Below are positions 44,101 to 58,114 of a stretch of DNA of 64,000 bases, piece after piece. Made by a program: the position numbers and the translations under genes. Every line of letters starts with the position of its first letter. The first letter of the stretch is position 1. The notes beneath the pieces are model-generated. The model saw nothing but the letters and a program-made list of their open reading frames with translations. It was not told where the DNA came from and searched no databases. This stretch comes from Eledone cirrhosa (Eukaryota), in contig OZ024742.1 in the NCBI GenBank assembly GCA_964016885.1, forward strand, positions 116,436,001-116,500,000, read 5' to 3'.

Positions 44101-46323
44101 ACTAACACACAATTTCAACACTTCATGACAACGATACACACCATATGCAAAAAGTATGTCCCGGAGAAAGAGGCAAACAGACACAAAAATCTTATTCCCA
44201 GAGATAGGAAAATCCTTATGAGACGTAGAACTAAACTCTCAAACCAGTTGAATAGTCAACAAAACCAAAACAAGAAGGAATCCTATTTGAAACGTGCACT
44301 ACTTGACACCGAGATTGCACTCAAGCTTTCACATGAGAATGAGAGGGCAAGGAAAGAGAACAGGGCCATAGAAAACATTAAAACAAACCCTAAGGCCTTC
44401 TTTAAATTTGCAAAAGAAACTGCCTCAGTACACTGCAAGATTGGACCACTCTTCCACACGGACGGTTCATTAACCGAAAATCCCCAAGAGATATGTGAAA
44501 TACTGAACGAACAGTACAAAAGTGTCTTCACATGTCCACTGAGGCACATGCAAATAACGAAGCCAGAGGAGTTCTTTGATGCCACAACACTACATCAAGA
44601 AATGGCAACCATCAACCACATAGACATAACGGAGGAGGATGTGGTGTACGCCATTGATGAAATTAGAACAGACTCGGCTGCTGGACCTGATGGATTCCCA
44701 GCAGTTCTCCTAAAAATATGTAAGCGGGCCTTAGCAACTCCACTGAAGATGCTCTTCAGAAGCTCCTTGGCTAGCGGTGTACTACCCAGGGAGCTGAAAG
44801 AAGGCACAATATGCCCTATCCATAAAGGATGTAGTAGAGCGGAGGCCGAGAACTATAGGCCAGACTCCCTGACGTCGCATATCAGTAAGGTCATGGAGCG
44901 AGTCGTCAGAAAGAAACTAATCACTTTCCTCGAAGAAAATGACCGCCTGACTAGCACGCAACATGGCTTCCGCCCAGGAAGAAGCTGCCTTACACAGCTG
45001 CTACATCACTACGACTGGGTACTGAGGCAACTACTAGACAGCTCACATGTAGACGTGATATATCTTGACTTTGCGAAGGCCTTTGACAAGGTCGACCACG
45101 GAATGATATGTCACAAACTACACGGACTCGGCATAACTGGAAAAGTAGGTGAGTGGCTGCATGGCTTCCTAAGGGACAGAAGCCAGGCAGTCGCAGCAAA
45201 TGGGGCCCTCTCGAGGGAAACACCGATAACAAGTGGGGTGCTCCAGGGGACTGTCCTGGGACCACTACTGTTTTTGGTGGCTCTCTCGGACATGCCCTCT
45301 GTGGTGCATGCAACAACATCCCTCACTAACTATGCTGATGACACTAAGGTAGCACAGGCAATCAAAAACCCGGCTGACGCTGCCCTCTTACAGCAGGATC
45401 TGGATGCCATATACAGATGGGCGGAAGAAAACAACATGCAGTTTAATGCTGGCAAATTCCAAGCCCTACAATACAAACCTGCAAACACAAACACAAATAT
45501 AGCGGAACACAGCTACACAGGACCAGGAGGGACCGATATCCCCGTGTCAAAATCGATACGAGACCTGGGCATAGACATGAGCGATGATGCATCTTTTTCT
45601 TCACACATCATGAAGATGGCGACAGCATGTAGACGATTTGCTGGCTGGATCTTGAGGACTGTCCTTACAAGAGATCGAGACACCATGTTGACACTGTGGA
45701 GGACTTTTGTCCTAAGCCGCCTGGACTACTGCTCCCAGCTGTGGTCACCCCATAGTGTCAAACTAACCACGGAGCTTGAGGCAATCCAGCGAAGCTACAC
45801 CAAGAGGATTGCCAAGATGAGGGAGACAAGCTACTGGGAGAGGCTGAAGGAACTGAACCTCTACTCCTTGGAGCGAAGGCGGGAGAGATACGCAGTGATC
45901 TACATGTGGAAAATCCTGGAGGGACTAGCACCAAACTTTGGCATTGGGAGCTGGACCAACCGTCGAACAGGACGTCACTGTGTGGTGCCAAAGGTCCCGT
46001 CTTCCACATCTAGAATAAGGAGCAGGTATTGCAATAGCCTGGGATTCAAGGGCCCTCAACTCTTCAACAGGCTGCCGAGGCATCTGCGAGACTTGCATGA
46101 CGTGGAGGTGGATGTCTTTAAGAAACATCTCGACACCTTGTTATCCAGATCCCGGATGAGCCCACAGCAAGACACGAGGGAAACCTAAGGGCAGCAGCAA
46201 CAAACTCCCTCCTACACCAGTGGCCAACCTATACAGGATGGAGATAAAATGTGTAGCAACAAGGGCGGTGCCCCAACATGGTCTCAGCCGGATGGCTGAA
46301 ACAGGTAAAAGAGTAAAAGAGTA
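44101..46323 (+). mobile_element. CR1-clade LINE, 5'-truncated (RT domain + 3' tail), copy 1
   Basis: [77 protein letters not shown]. No APE domain. Ends in a hairpin plus (GTAAAAGA)2. The ORF-track start at 43615 is read-through across a microsatellite. Confidence 0.92.
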
Positions 46324-46449
<126 letters not shown>

Positions 46450-46470
46450 GTATATATATGTATATATATG

Positions 46471-46590
<120 letters not shown>

Positions 46591-46660
46591 AATGTATGTA
46601 TATATGTATGTATATATAAAGGTATGCATATATAGGTATGCATATATATGTATATATGCA

Positions 46661-46755
<95 letters not shown>

Positions 46756-48098
46756 ATGTATGTATTGGTTGTAGTAGCTATCTAACGTTAAATGCAAGAC
46801 TGTAACAGTTAAGAATTTTCAGTAAAAACAAAGCGGGCTTTAGCTCAATATTCCTCAGATCACATCAAGTTGCCATACACAAATAAAAATAAAATCAGAA
46901 AGGGTATTATTAAATTATGCTGTCTCAGGCACCCTATGTTAAAATACCAGACGATATTACCTTGGACGGTAAACTTGTAATCAAGCTTTCGCTAGTTCTA
47001 GACCATTTCAGCTATGAACACAATAGCAATACTATTACCGGTACAAGATATATCCAACGTCAGTGATTCAAGGAAGTCTCTTGAAATGTTAAATGTAGCA
47101 GTCAACTCTTGTTCACATCACACTCTATATTATTTTAAAATGGAATAAACACTTGTACAAATATTGGATGATCAAAGCTTGGATTTCTGCATGTTCTATC
47201 AGAGCTGATTTGTGTTTAAACAATAGACCGTTACAAATCTATCAAAATGTTGATTTGTTAGGCATAGCAGCGAAATTGCCCGTATATAATACCTTGCTGT
47301 TTCATAAAAGAGGATGCATCGAAAAATATAGTGGTAGTTATGCTACATCTTAAAATGAAGATGATGATAATGGTAGGGTCACGACTGGAACTTGGGACTA
47401 AAGAAAGGAAAATTATTTCGGAAGCCAAATTTCTAATTTATTCGTTCCAACAAGAGACCCTGTTCGCTACAATTAGCAACTGGAAAATAATGAAATATAT
47501 GAATGGCTCCCAAACGTTTTACATCTAAATTAAAAGAATTTTCCAACTGACCATCCCTGTTGTGATTACTTTCTACTGGCAAGAATAATAATTGAAACAG
47601 TGAAACGGTTATATTTAGAAAGAATAGAGACCCAATAACGTAGGTGTGCTGTCTTTTAACAAAGTACATTCAATTCCGAACTTGGCGTATGGTTCAACAT
47701 TATTGTGGATTCCCAGGAGCTCTAAGAAACAGGTTAGGAGCAACTGTATTAGGAAATACAGTCCGGGAGGCATACGAAATTCGGCTGGAACTTATTGCGT
47801 TACATGTCTGCTTTATCAGAAACCATCATTTTATTTGTCTGCACTATCAAAGCTCGCCCACTTCTGTTGGGGTCAAGTACAAAATGTAGTTTACTATCTT
47901 TTCTACCACAATTGTATGTATGCATCGATATACACCAACTGCTGTAGTCGTAAACGCACCATAAGGATATATTGCATGTCTTGAGGACTTTACTCCTGAC
48001 GGAGCTCAACCCATCACCAGGTCTGGACACGGCTAATATCTTCGAGAGAAGAAAAATGAGAGAGAGACCAACTTAATGTGAAACATATTTATATATGA

Positions 48099-48188
<90 letters not shown>

Positions 48189-48205
48189 ATATATATAATA
48201 AATCT

Positions 48206-48237
<32 letters not shown>

Positions 48238-48386
48238 AAGTTTTCCCTTTTTCCTTTTCCACACATTCGCAAATTTCAAAATCAATATGTGTATATATAT
48301 ATGTAGAAGGAAGAACGTGAAATAAGGTGTCTTGCTCAAGGACATAACGCATAACCCGGTTCAGCAATCTAACTCACAACCTCAAG

Positions 48387-48489
<103 letters not shown>

Positions 48490-48551
48490 AATGTATATAT
48501 ATGTGTATATATGTATATATATCTATATATATATATGTATATATATATATG

Positions 48552-48617
<66 letters not shown>

Positions 48618-48685
48618 AATGTATGTATATATATGTATGTATATATAAAGGTATGCATATATAGGTATGCATATATATGTATATA

Positions 48686-48737
<52 letters not shown>

Positions 48738-48798
48738 ATATATATATATGCGTTATATATATATACACTATATATATATATGTTATATATATATATAC

Positions 48799-51021
48799 AC
48801 TAACACACAATTTCAACACTTCATGACAACGATACACACCATATGCAAAAAGTATGTCCCGGAGAAAGAGGCAAACAGACACAAAAATCTTATTCCCAGA
48901 GATAGGAAAATCCTTATGAGACGTAGAACTAAACTCTCAAACCAGTTGAATAGTCAACAAAACCAAAACAAGAAGGAATCCTATTTGAAACGTGCACTAC
49001 TTGACACCGAGATTGCACTCAAGCTTTCACATGAGAATGAGAGGGCAGGGAAAGAGAACAGGGCCATAGAAAACATTAAAACAAACCCTAAGGCCTTCTT
49101 TAAATTTGCAAAAGAAACTGCCTCAGTACACTGCAAGATTGGACCACTCTTCTACACGGACGGTTCATTAACCGAAAATCCCCAAGAGATATGTGAAATA
49201 CTGAACGAACAGTACAAAAGTGTCTTCACATGTCCACTGAGGCACATGCAAATAACGAAGCCAGAGGAGTTCTTTGATGCCACAACACTACATCAAGAAA
49301 TGGCAACCATCAACCACATAGACATAACGGAGGAGGATGTGGTGTACGCCATTGATGAAATTAGAACAGACTCGGCTGCTGGACCTGATGGATTCCCAGC
49401 AGTTCTCCTAAAAATATGTAAGCGGGCCTTAGCAACTCCACTGAAGATGCTCTTCAGAAGCTCCTTGGCTAGCGGTGTACTACCCAGGGAGCTGAAAGAA
49501 GGCACAATATGCCCTATCCATAAAGGATGTAGTAGAGCGGAGGCCGAGAACTATAGGCCAGTCTCCCTGACGTCGCATATCAGTAAGGTCATGGAGCGAG
49601 TCGTCAGAAAGAAACTAATCACTTTCCTCGAAGAAAATGACCGCCTGACTAGCACGCAACATGGCTTCCGCCCAGGAAGAAGCTGCCTTACACAGCTGCT
49701 ACATCACTACGACTGGGTACTGAGGCAACTACTAGACAGCTCACATGTAGACGTGATATATCTTGACTTTGCGAAGGCCTTTGACAAGGTCGACCACGGA
49801 ATGATATGTCACAAACTACACGGACTCGGCATAACTGGAAAAGTAGGTGAGTGGCTGCATGGCTTCCTAAGGGACAGAAGCCAGGCAGTCGCAGCAAATG
49901 GGGCCCTCTCGAGGGAAACACCGATAACAAGTGGGGTGCCCCAGGGGACTGTCCTGGGACCACTACTGTTTTTGGTGGCTCTCTCGGACATGCCCTCTGT
50001 GGTGCATGCAACAACATCCCTCACTAACTATGCTGATGACACTAAGGTAGCACAGGCAATCAAAAACCCGGCTGACGCTGCCCTCTTACAGCAGGATCTG
50101 GATGCCATATACAGATGGGCGGAAGAAAACAACATGCAGTTTAATGCTGGCAAATTCCAAGCCCTACAATACAAACCTGCAAACACAAACACAAATATAG
50201 CGGAACACAGCTACACAGGACCAGGAGGGACCGATATCCCCGTGTCAAAATCGATACGAGACCTGGGCATAGACATGAGCGATGATGCATCTTTTTCTTC
50301 ACACATCATGAAGATGGCGACAGCATGTAGACGATTTGCTGGCTGGATCTTGAGGACTTTCCTTACAAGAGATCGAGACACCATGTTGACACTGTGGAGG
50401 ACTTTTGTCCTAAGCCGCCTGGACTACTGCTCCCAGCTGTGGTCACCCCATAGTGTCAAACTAACCACGGAGCTTGAGGCAATCCAGCGAAGCTACACCA
50501 AGAGGATTGCCAAGATGAGGGAGACAAGCTACTGGTAGAGGCTGAAGGACCTGAACCTCTACTCCTTGGAGCGAAGACGGGAGAGATACGCAGTGATCTA
50601 CATGTGGAAAATCCTGGAGGGACTAGCACCAAACTTTGGCATTGGGAGCTGGACCAACCGTCGAACAGGACGTCACTGTGTGGTGCCAAAGGTCCCGTCT
50701 TCCACATCTAGAATAAGGAGCAGGTATTGCAATAGCCTGGGATTCAAGGGCCCTCAACTCTTCAACAGGCTGCCGAGGCATCTGCGAGACTTGCATGACG
50801 TGGAGGTGGATGTCTTTAAGAAACATCTCGACACCTTGTTATCCAGATCCCGGATGAGCCCACAGCAAGACACGAGGGAAACCTAAGGGCAGCAGCAACA
50901 AACTCCCTCCTACACCAGTGGCCAACCTATACAGGATGGAGATAAAATGTGTAGCAACAAGGGCGGTGCACCAACATGGCCTCAGCCGGATGGCTGAAAC
51001 AGGTAAAAGAGTAAAAGAGTA
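48799..51021 (+). mobile_element. CR1-clade LINE, 5'-truncated, copy 2 (premature TAG at 50536)
   Basis: Near-identical to 44101-46323 at offset 4698, with the same 5' truncation point. Confidence 0.92.
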
Positions 51022-51129
<108 letters not shown>

Positions 51130-51150
51130 GTATATATATGTATGTATATG

Positions 51151-51236
<86 letters not shown>

Positions 51237-51306
51237 AATGTATGTATATATGTATGTATATATAAAGGTATGCATATATAGGTATGCATATATATGTATA
51301 TATGCA

Positions 51307-51395
<89 letters not shown>

Positions 51396-52738
51396 ATGTA
51401 TGTATTGGTTGTAGTAGCTATCTAACGTTAAATGCAAGACTGTAACAGTTAAGAATTTTCAGTAAAAACAAAGCGGGCTTTAGCTCAATATTCCTCAGAT
51501 CACATCAAGTTGCCATACACAAATAAAAATAAAATCAGAAAGGGTATTATTAAATTATGCTGTCTCAGGCACCCTATGTTAAAATACCAGACGATATTAC
51601 CTTGGACGGTAAACTTGTAATCAAGCTTTCGCTAGTTCTAGACCATTTCAGCTATGAACACAATAGCAATACTATTACCGGTACAAGATATATCCAACGT
51701 CAGTGATTCAAGGAAGTCTCTTGAAATGTTAAATGTAGCAGTCAACTCTTGTTCACATCACACTCTATATTATTTTAAAATGGAATAAACACTTGTACAA
51801 ATATTGGATGATCAAAGCTTGGATTTCTGCATGTTCTATCAGAGCTGATTTGTGTTTAAACAATAGACCGTTACAAATCTATCAAAATGTTGACTTGTTA
51901 GGAATAGCAGCGAAATTGCCCGTATATAATACCTTGCTGTTTCATAAAAGAGGATGCATCGAAAAATATAGTGGTAGTTATGCTACATCTTAAAATGAAG
52001 ATGATGATAATGGTAGGGTCACGACTGGAACTTGGGACTAAAGAAAGGAAAATTATTTCGGAAGCCAAATTTCTAATTTATTCGTTCCAACAAGAGACCC
52101 TGTTCGCTACAATTAGCAACTGGAAAATAATGAAATATATGAATGGCTCCCAAACGTTTTACATCTAAATTAAAAGAATTTTCCAACTGACCATCCCTGT
52201 TGTGATTACTTCCTGCTGGCAAGAATAATAATTGAAACAGTGAAACGGTTATATTTAGAAAGAATAGAGACCCAATAACGTAGGTGTGCTGTCTTTTAAC
52301 AAAGTACATTCAATTCCGAACTTGGCGTATGGTTCAACATTATTGTGGATTCCCAGGAGCTCTAAGAAACAGGTTAGGAGCAACTGTATTAGAAAATACA
52401 GTCCGGGAGGCATACGAAATTCGGCTGGAACTTATTGCGTTACATGTCTGCTTTATCAGAAACCATCATTTTATATGTCTGCACTATCAAAGCTCGCCCA
52501 CTTCTGTTGGGGTCAAGTACAAAATGTAGTTTACTATCTTTTCTACCACAATTGTATGTATGCATCGATATAAACCAACTGCTGTAGTCGTAAACGCACC
52601 ATAAGGATATATTGCATGTCTTGAGGACTTTACTCCTGACGGAGCTCAACCCATCACCAGGTCTGGACACGGCTAATATCTTCGAGAGAAGAAAAATGAG
52701 AGAGAGACCAACTTAAAGTGAAACATATTTATATATGA

Positions 52739-52816
<78 letters not shown>

Positions 52817-52848
52817 ATATATATAATAAATATATATATATATATATG

Positions 52849-52908
<60 letters not shown>

Positions 52909-52982
52909 GTATATATATGTATATATATGTATATATATCTATATATATATATGTATATATATATATGTATATATATATATGT

Positions 52983-53051
<69 letters not shown>

Positions 53052-53119
53052 AATGTATGTATATATATGTATGTATATATAAAGGTATGCATATATAGGT
53101 ATGCATATATATGTATGCA

Positions 53120-53182
<63 letters not shown>

Positions 53183-53827
53183 ATGTATGTATTGGTTGTA
53201 GTAGCTATCTAACGTTAAATGCAAGACTGTAACAGTTCAGAATTTTCAGTAAAAACAAAGCGGGCTTTAGCTCAATATTCCTCAGATCACATCAAGTTGC
53301 CATACACAAATAAAAATAAAATCAGAAAGGGTATTATTAAATAATGCCGTCTCAGGCACCCTATGTTAAAATACCAGACGATATTACCTTGGACGGTAAA
53401 CTTGTAATCAAGCTTTCGCTAGTTCTAGACCATTTCAGCTATGAACACAATAGCAATACTATTACCGGTACAAGATATATCCAACGTCAGTGATTAAGGA
53501 AGTCTCTTGAAATGTTAAATGTAGCAGTCAACTCTTGTTCACATCACACTCTATATTATTTTAAAATGGAATAAACACTTGTACAATTATTGGATGATCA
53601 CAGCTTGGATTTCTGCATGTTCTATCAGAGCTGATTTGTGTTTAAACAATAGACCGTTACAAATCTATCAAAATGTTGACTTGTTAGGAATAGCCGCGAA
53701 ATTGCCCGTATATAATACCTTGCTGTTTCATAAAAGAGGATGCATCGAAAAATATAGTGGTAGTTATGCTACATCTTAAAATGAAGATGATGATGATGGT
53801 AGGGTCACGACTGGAACTTGGGACTAA

Positions 53828-54195
53828 AGAGGTATGTCTTTTAGAGAAGAAGAGATCGTAAAGAATTCCCTTTTTTCAGTTATAATGTAAAGCGCTCAAC
53901 AATACTGGAGCAGAATATATGCAAAAGTTTTATTTAAAATTGTTGGGATACAACAAGTAAATATTTTATAACTGATATAAAGCACTCGAAAAGTTTTTGG
54001 AGTAGATATACGATATTAAATAAATGGAAACTATATTTATAAAACCATATTTATTTCATTATACATATTTTCCCTCTCTTTCCTCGTAAATATTTTTCCC
54101 TTCGTTAATTGTTTTAGATTTGAAAATTTTATCCAAATCTGAAACATTTTCATTTAGATTAGATTTATCAAAGTGGAAAGCACGCCACCTGATTC
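53828..54195 (-). mobile_element. Inverted fragments of the downstream PLE inserted into duplication unit A4
   Basis: 53828-54069 is the reverse complement of 57916-58158, and 54112-54195 of 58215-58298. The insert replaces 35 bp present in the other A copies. Confidence 0.9.
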
Positions 54196-54706
54196 GTTCC
54201 AACAAGAGACCCTGTTCGCTACAATTAGCAACTGGAAAATAATGAAATATATGAATGGCTCCCAAACGTTTTACATCTAAATTAAAAGAATTTTCCAACT
54301 GACCATCCCTGTTGTGATTACTTCCTACTGGCAAGAATAATAATTGAAATAGTGAAACGGTTATATTTAGAAAGAATAGAGACCCAATAACGTAGGTGTG
54401 CTGTCTTTTAACAAAGTACATTCAATTCCGAACTTGGCGCATGGTTCAACATTATTGTGGATTCCCAGGAGCTCTAAGAAGCAGGTTAGGAGCAACTGTA
54501 TTAGAAAATACAGTCCGGGAGGCATACGAAATTCGGCTGGAACTTATTGCGTTACATGTCTGCTTTATCAGAAACCATCATTTTATATGTGGTGATATAA
54601 AGCGAGAATTACAGTACTATATATAATATAATATAATATAATATAATATAATATAATATAATATAATATAATATAATTGATAATGATAATAATAATAGCT
54701 TTACTT

Positions 54707-54744
54707 GCCCTGATGAGTCCTTAATAGGACGAAACATTGTTGGC
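54707..54744 (+). ncRNA. Minimal type-I hammerhead ribozyme
   Basis: GCC-CTGATGA-GTCCT taat AGGAC-GAAAC-att-GTT-GGC, followed by AATAAA. Confidence 0.8.
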
Positions 54745-54792
54745 TAATAAAGACTTTTGATGTATTGAAGGCTTATTTGGTTTATTTTCATA

Positions 54793-54829
<37 letters not shown>

Positions 54830-54967
54830 TATTTATTATAATAAATTGAAGTGAAAGAGGCTGGTGCGTGTGTTTCTTATTGGCAACATGACCCTCCCAA
54901 AGTATAACAATATCGGTTTCAACACACGTTTTCAGATAAAGAATCTTGCTAAACAAATTCAGAAACG

Positions 54968-55023
<56 letters not shown>

Positions 55024-55024
55024 G

Positions 55025-55051
<27 letters not shown>

Positions 55052-55055
<4 letters not shown>

Positions 55056-55661
55056 TGGCTGCCAACTCGTTTTAGAGTACAGCCACTACTTTATATCCAT
55101 GTTTCGTCCTATTAAGGACTCATGGTCGGGTCGTTGGTGAGTAAACTGGCAACCCCACCAAGGTGTCTTGGGCATCGTGCAGGATTAAAAACAAAACATG
55201 TCAAAGGGCAAAGGAGCTCTTAAGAGTCAATAGGCATCCAAAATCACCGGGTGAGATGACCCCTTAGCCTTTGTCAAGGCAGCATTCTAGGAGAAGGAAA
55301 ACTCTGATATAACACCTGCAACCCTGATGGTATCCAATGATGTTGACTTGTTCTTCTTTTTTGTAAATATCATCTTGGTTAAGAGAGTGGTTAAGAGAGT
55401 GGGACTGGCTTTGTGCAGTCACTATAAAAGCTTCACGACACAGGCATTGCTTTATATCTGGAGATCTCTCTGCACTTGTCGTCAGATGGTACCATGGGCC
55501 TAGCACTATGTGTCAATAATTGTCACAAGTGTAGTGTTTGTACCAGAGTTTTCAAGTCGCTGGCGGGACTGAAATGTTACACTCGTTCAGCGCATCGGTA
55601 GGGGTTCTCCTAGATGGATAGAAAGTAGTGGCCGTACTCGAAAACGAGTGGCAGCCACCAT
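55052..55661 (+). mobile_element. RTE-derived bipartite element, more diverged copy preceded by an inverted copy of its own 3' end
   Basis: 55119-55661 aligns to 56708-57266. Segment 55052-55102 is the reverse complement of the 3' terminus. Confidence 0.7.
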
Positions 55662-55710
55662 GTACATATATCTGTATGTAGATATATATGTTTGTATATA
55701 TATTTATATG

Positions 55711-55777
<67 letters not shown>

Positions 55778-55814
55778 ATATATATTAGTATGTATGTATA
55801 TATATATATGTATG

Positions 55815-55849
<35 letters not shown>

Positions 55850-55858
55850 GTATATATG

Positions 55859-55892
<34 letters not shown>

Positions 55893-55893
55893 A

Positions 55894-55928
<35 letters not shown>

Positions 55929-55937
55929 GGTATATAT

Positions 55938-55992
<55 letters not shown>

Positions 55993-56005
55993 TATATATA
56001 TATTT

Positions 56006-56063
<58 letters not shown>

Positions 56064-56127
56064 GTAAGTATATATGTATATATATAAGTATATATATATG
56101 TAAGTATATATGTATATATATAAGTAT

Positions 56128-56655
56128 AGGGCAAGGGAGCTCTTAAGAGTCAATAGCCATCCAAAATCACTGGGAGAGATGACCCCTTAGCCTTTGTCAA
56201 GGCAGAATTCTAGGAGAAGGAAAACTCTGATATAACACCTGCAACCCTGATGGTATCCAATGATGTTGACTTGTTCTTCTTTTTGGTAAATATCATCTTG
56301 GTTAAGAGAGTGGGACTGGCTTTGTGCAGTGCCTTTGCTCACTATAAAAGCTTCACAGCACAGGCATTGCTTTATATCTGGAGATCTCTCTGCACTTGTC
56401 ATCACATGGTACCATGGGCCCTGCACTATGTGTCAATAATGGTCACAAGTGTAGTCTTTGTACCAGAGTTTTCAAGTCGCTGGCTGGACTAAAAAGTCAC
56501 ACTCGTTCAGCGCTTCGGTAGGGGTTCTCCTACATGGATATAAAGTAGTGGCCGTATTCGAAAACGAGTTGGCAGCCACCATGTATGTATGTATGTATGT
56601 ATGTATGTATGTATGTATGTATGTATGTATGTATGTATGTATGTATGTATGTATA
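56128..56655 (+). mobile_element. RTE-derived bipartite element, 5'-truncated copy with (ATGT)n tail
   Basis: Near-identical to 56812-57266 at offset 684. Confidence 0.7.
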
Positions 56656-56656
56656 T

Positions 56657-57266
56657 GTCAGGTCACCAGTTGGTGCTACTGGTAACATGTATCCCAGTAC
56701 AACCTGTCTCATGGTCGGGTCGTTGGCGACTAAACTGGCAACCCCACCAAGGTTTCTTGGTGAGGAGGGTGACTTTGGACATCCTGCAGGACTAAAAACA
56801 AAACCTGTCAAAGGGCAAGGGAGCTCTTAAGAGTCAATAGCCATCCAAAATCACTGGGAGAGATGACCCCTTAGCCTTTGTCAAGGCAGAATTCTAGGAG
56901 AAGGAAAACTCTGATATAACACCTGCAACCCTGATGGTATCCAATGATGTTGACTTGTTCTTCTTTTTGGTAAATATCATCTTGGTTAAGAGAGTGGGAC
57001 TGGCTTTGTGCAGTGCCTTTGCTCACTATAAAAGCTTCACAGCACAGGCATTGCTTTATATCTGGAGATCTCTCTGCACTTGTCATCACATGGTACCATG
57101 GGCCCTGCACTATGTGTCAATAATGGTCACAAGTGTAGTCTTTGTACCAGAGTTTTCAAGTCGCTGGCTGGACTAAAAAGTCACATTCGTTCAGCGCATC
57201 GGTAGGGGTTCTCCTACATGGATATAAAGTAGTGGCCGTACTCGAAAACGAGTTGGCAGCCACCAT
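56657..57266 (+). mobile_element. RTE-derived bipartite non-autonomous element (5' UTR fused to ORF end and 3' UTR), most complete copy
   Basis: 5' part resembles an RTE 5' UTR (AAACTGGCAACCCC..CTAGGAGAAGGAAAACTCTG). Positions 57128-57190 encode [21 protein letters not shown], like the RTE C-terminal CxxC..H. Terminal hairpin GTGGC..CTCG-AAAA-CGAG..GCCAC followed by a microsatellite tail. Confidence 0.7.
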
Positions 57267-57285
57267 ATAAGTATATATATATATA

Positions 57286-57335
<50 letters not shown>

Positions 57336-57349
57336 TGTATATATATATG

Positions 57350-57434
<85 letters not shown>

Positions 57435-57589
57435 TTATGTATGTATATATATATATATATATGTATGTATATATATATATATATATGGATGTATATATAT
57501 ATATTTATATATATATATATATATATACATGGATGTATATATATATATGTATGTATATATATATATATGTATGTATATATATATGTATG

Positions 57590-57679
<90 letters not shown>

Positions 57680-57869
57680 AAAGTTTTATTTAAAATTGTT
57701 GGGATACAACAAGTAAATATTTTATAACTGATATAAAGCACTCGACAAGTTTTTGGAGTAGATATACGATATTAAATAAATGGAAACTATATGTATAAAA
57801 CCATATTTATTTCATTTTACATATTTCATAGGGTACGTCAAAATTATTTATAAAACTGTTTATATATTG

Positions 57870-57929
57870 CATTTTGTCTGATGAAGGCATACCATATTTT
57901 AATTTGGTATCCCTGAAATATGTATAATG
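57870..57929 (+). ncRNA. Hammerhead ribozyme-like motif in 5' pLTR
   Basis: CTGATGA (57878-84), stem II AGG-c-ATACCA/TGGTAT-cCCT, then GAAA-TATG-TA. Stem I register is imperfect. Confidence 0.65.
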
Positions 57930-58114
57930 AAATAAATATGGTTTTATAAATATAGTTTCCATTTATTTAATATCGTATATCTACTCCAAAAACTTTTCGA
58001 GTGCTTTATATCAGTTATAAAATATTTACTTGTTGTATCCCAACAATTTTAAATAAATCTTTTGCATATATTCTGCTCCAGTATTGTTGAGCGCTTTACA
58101 TTATAACTGAAAAA

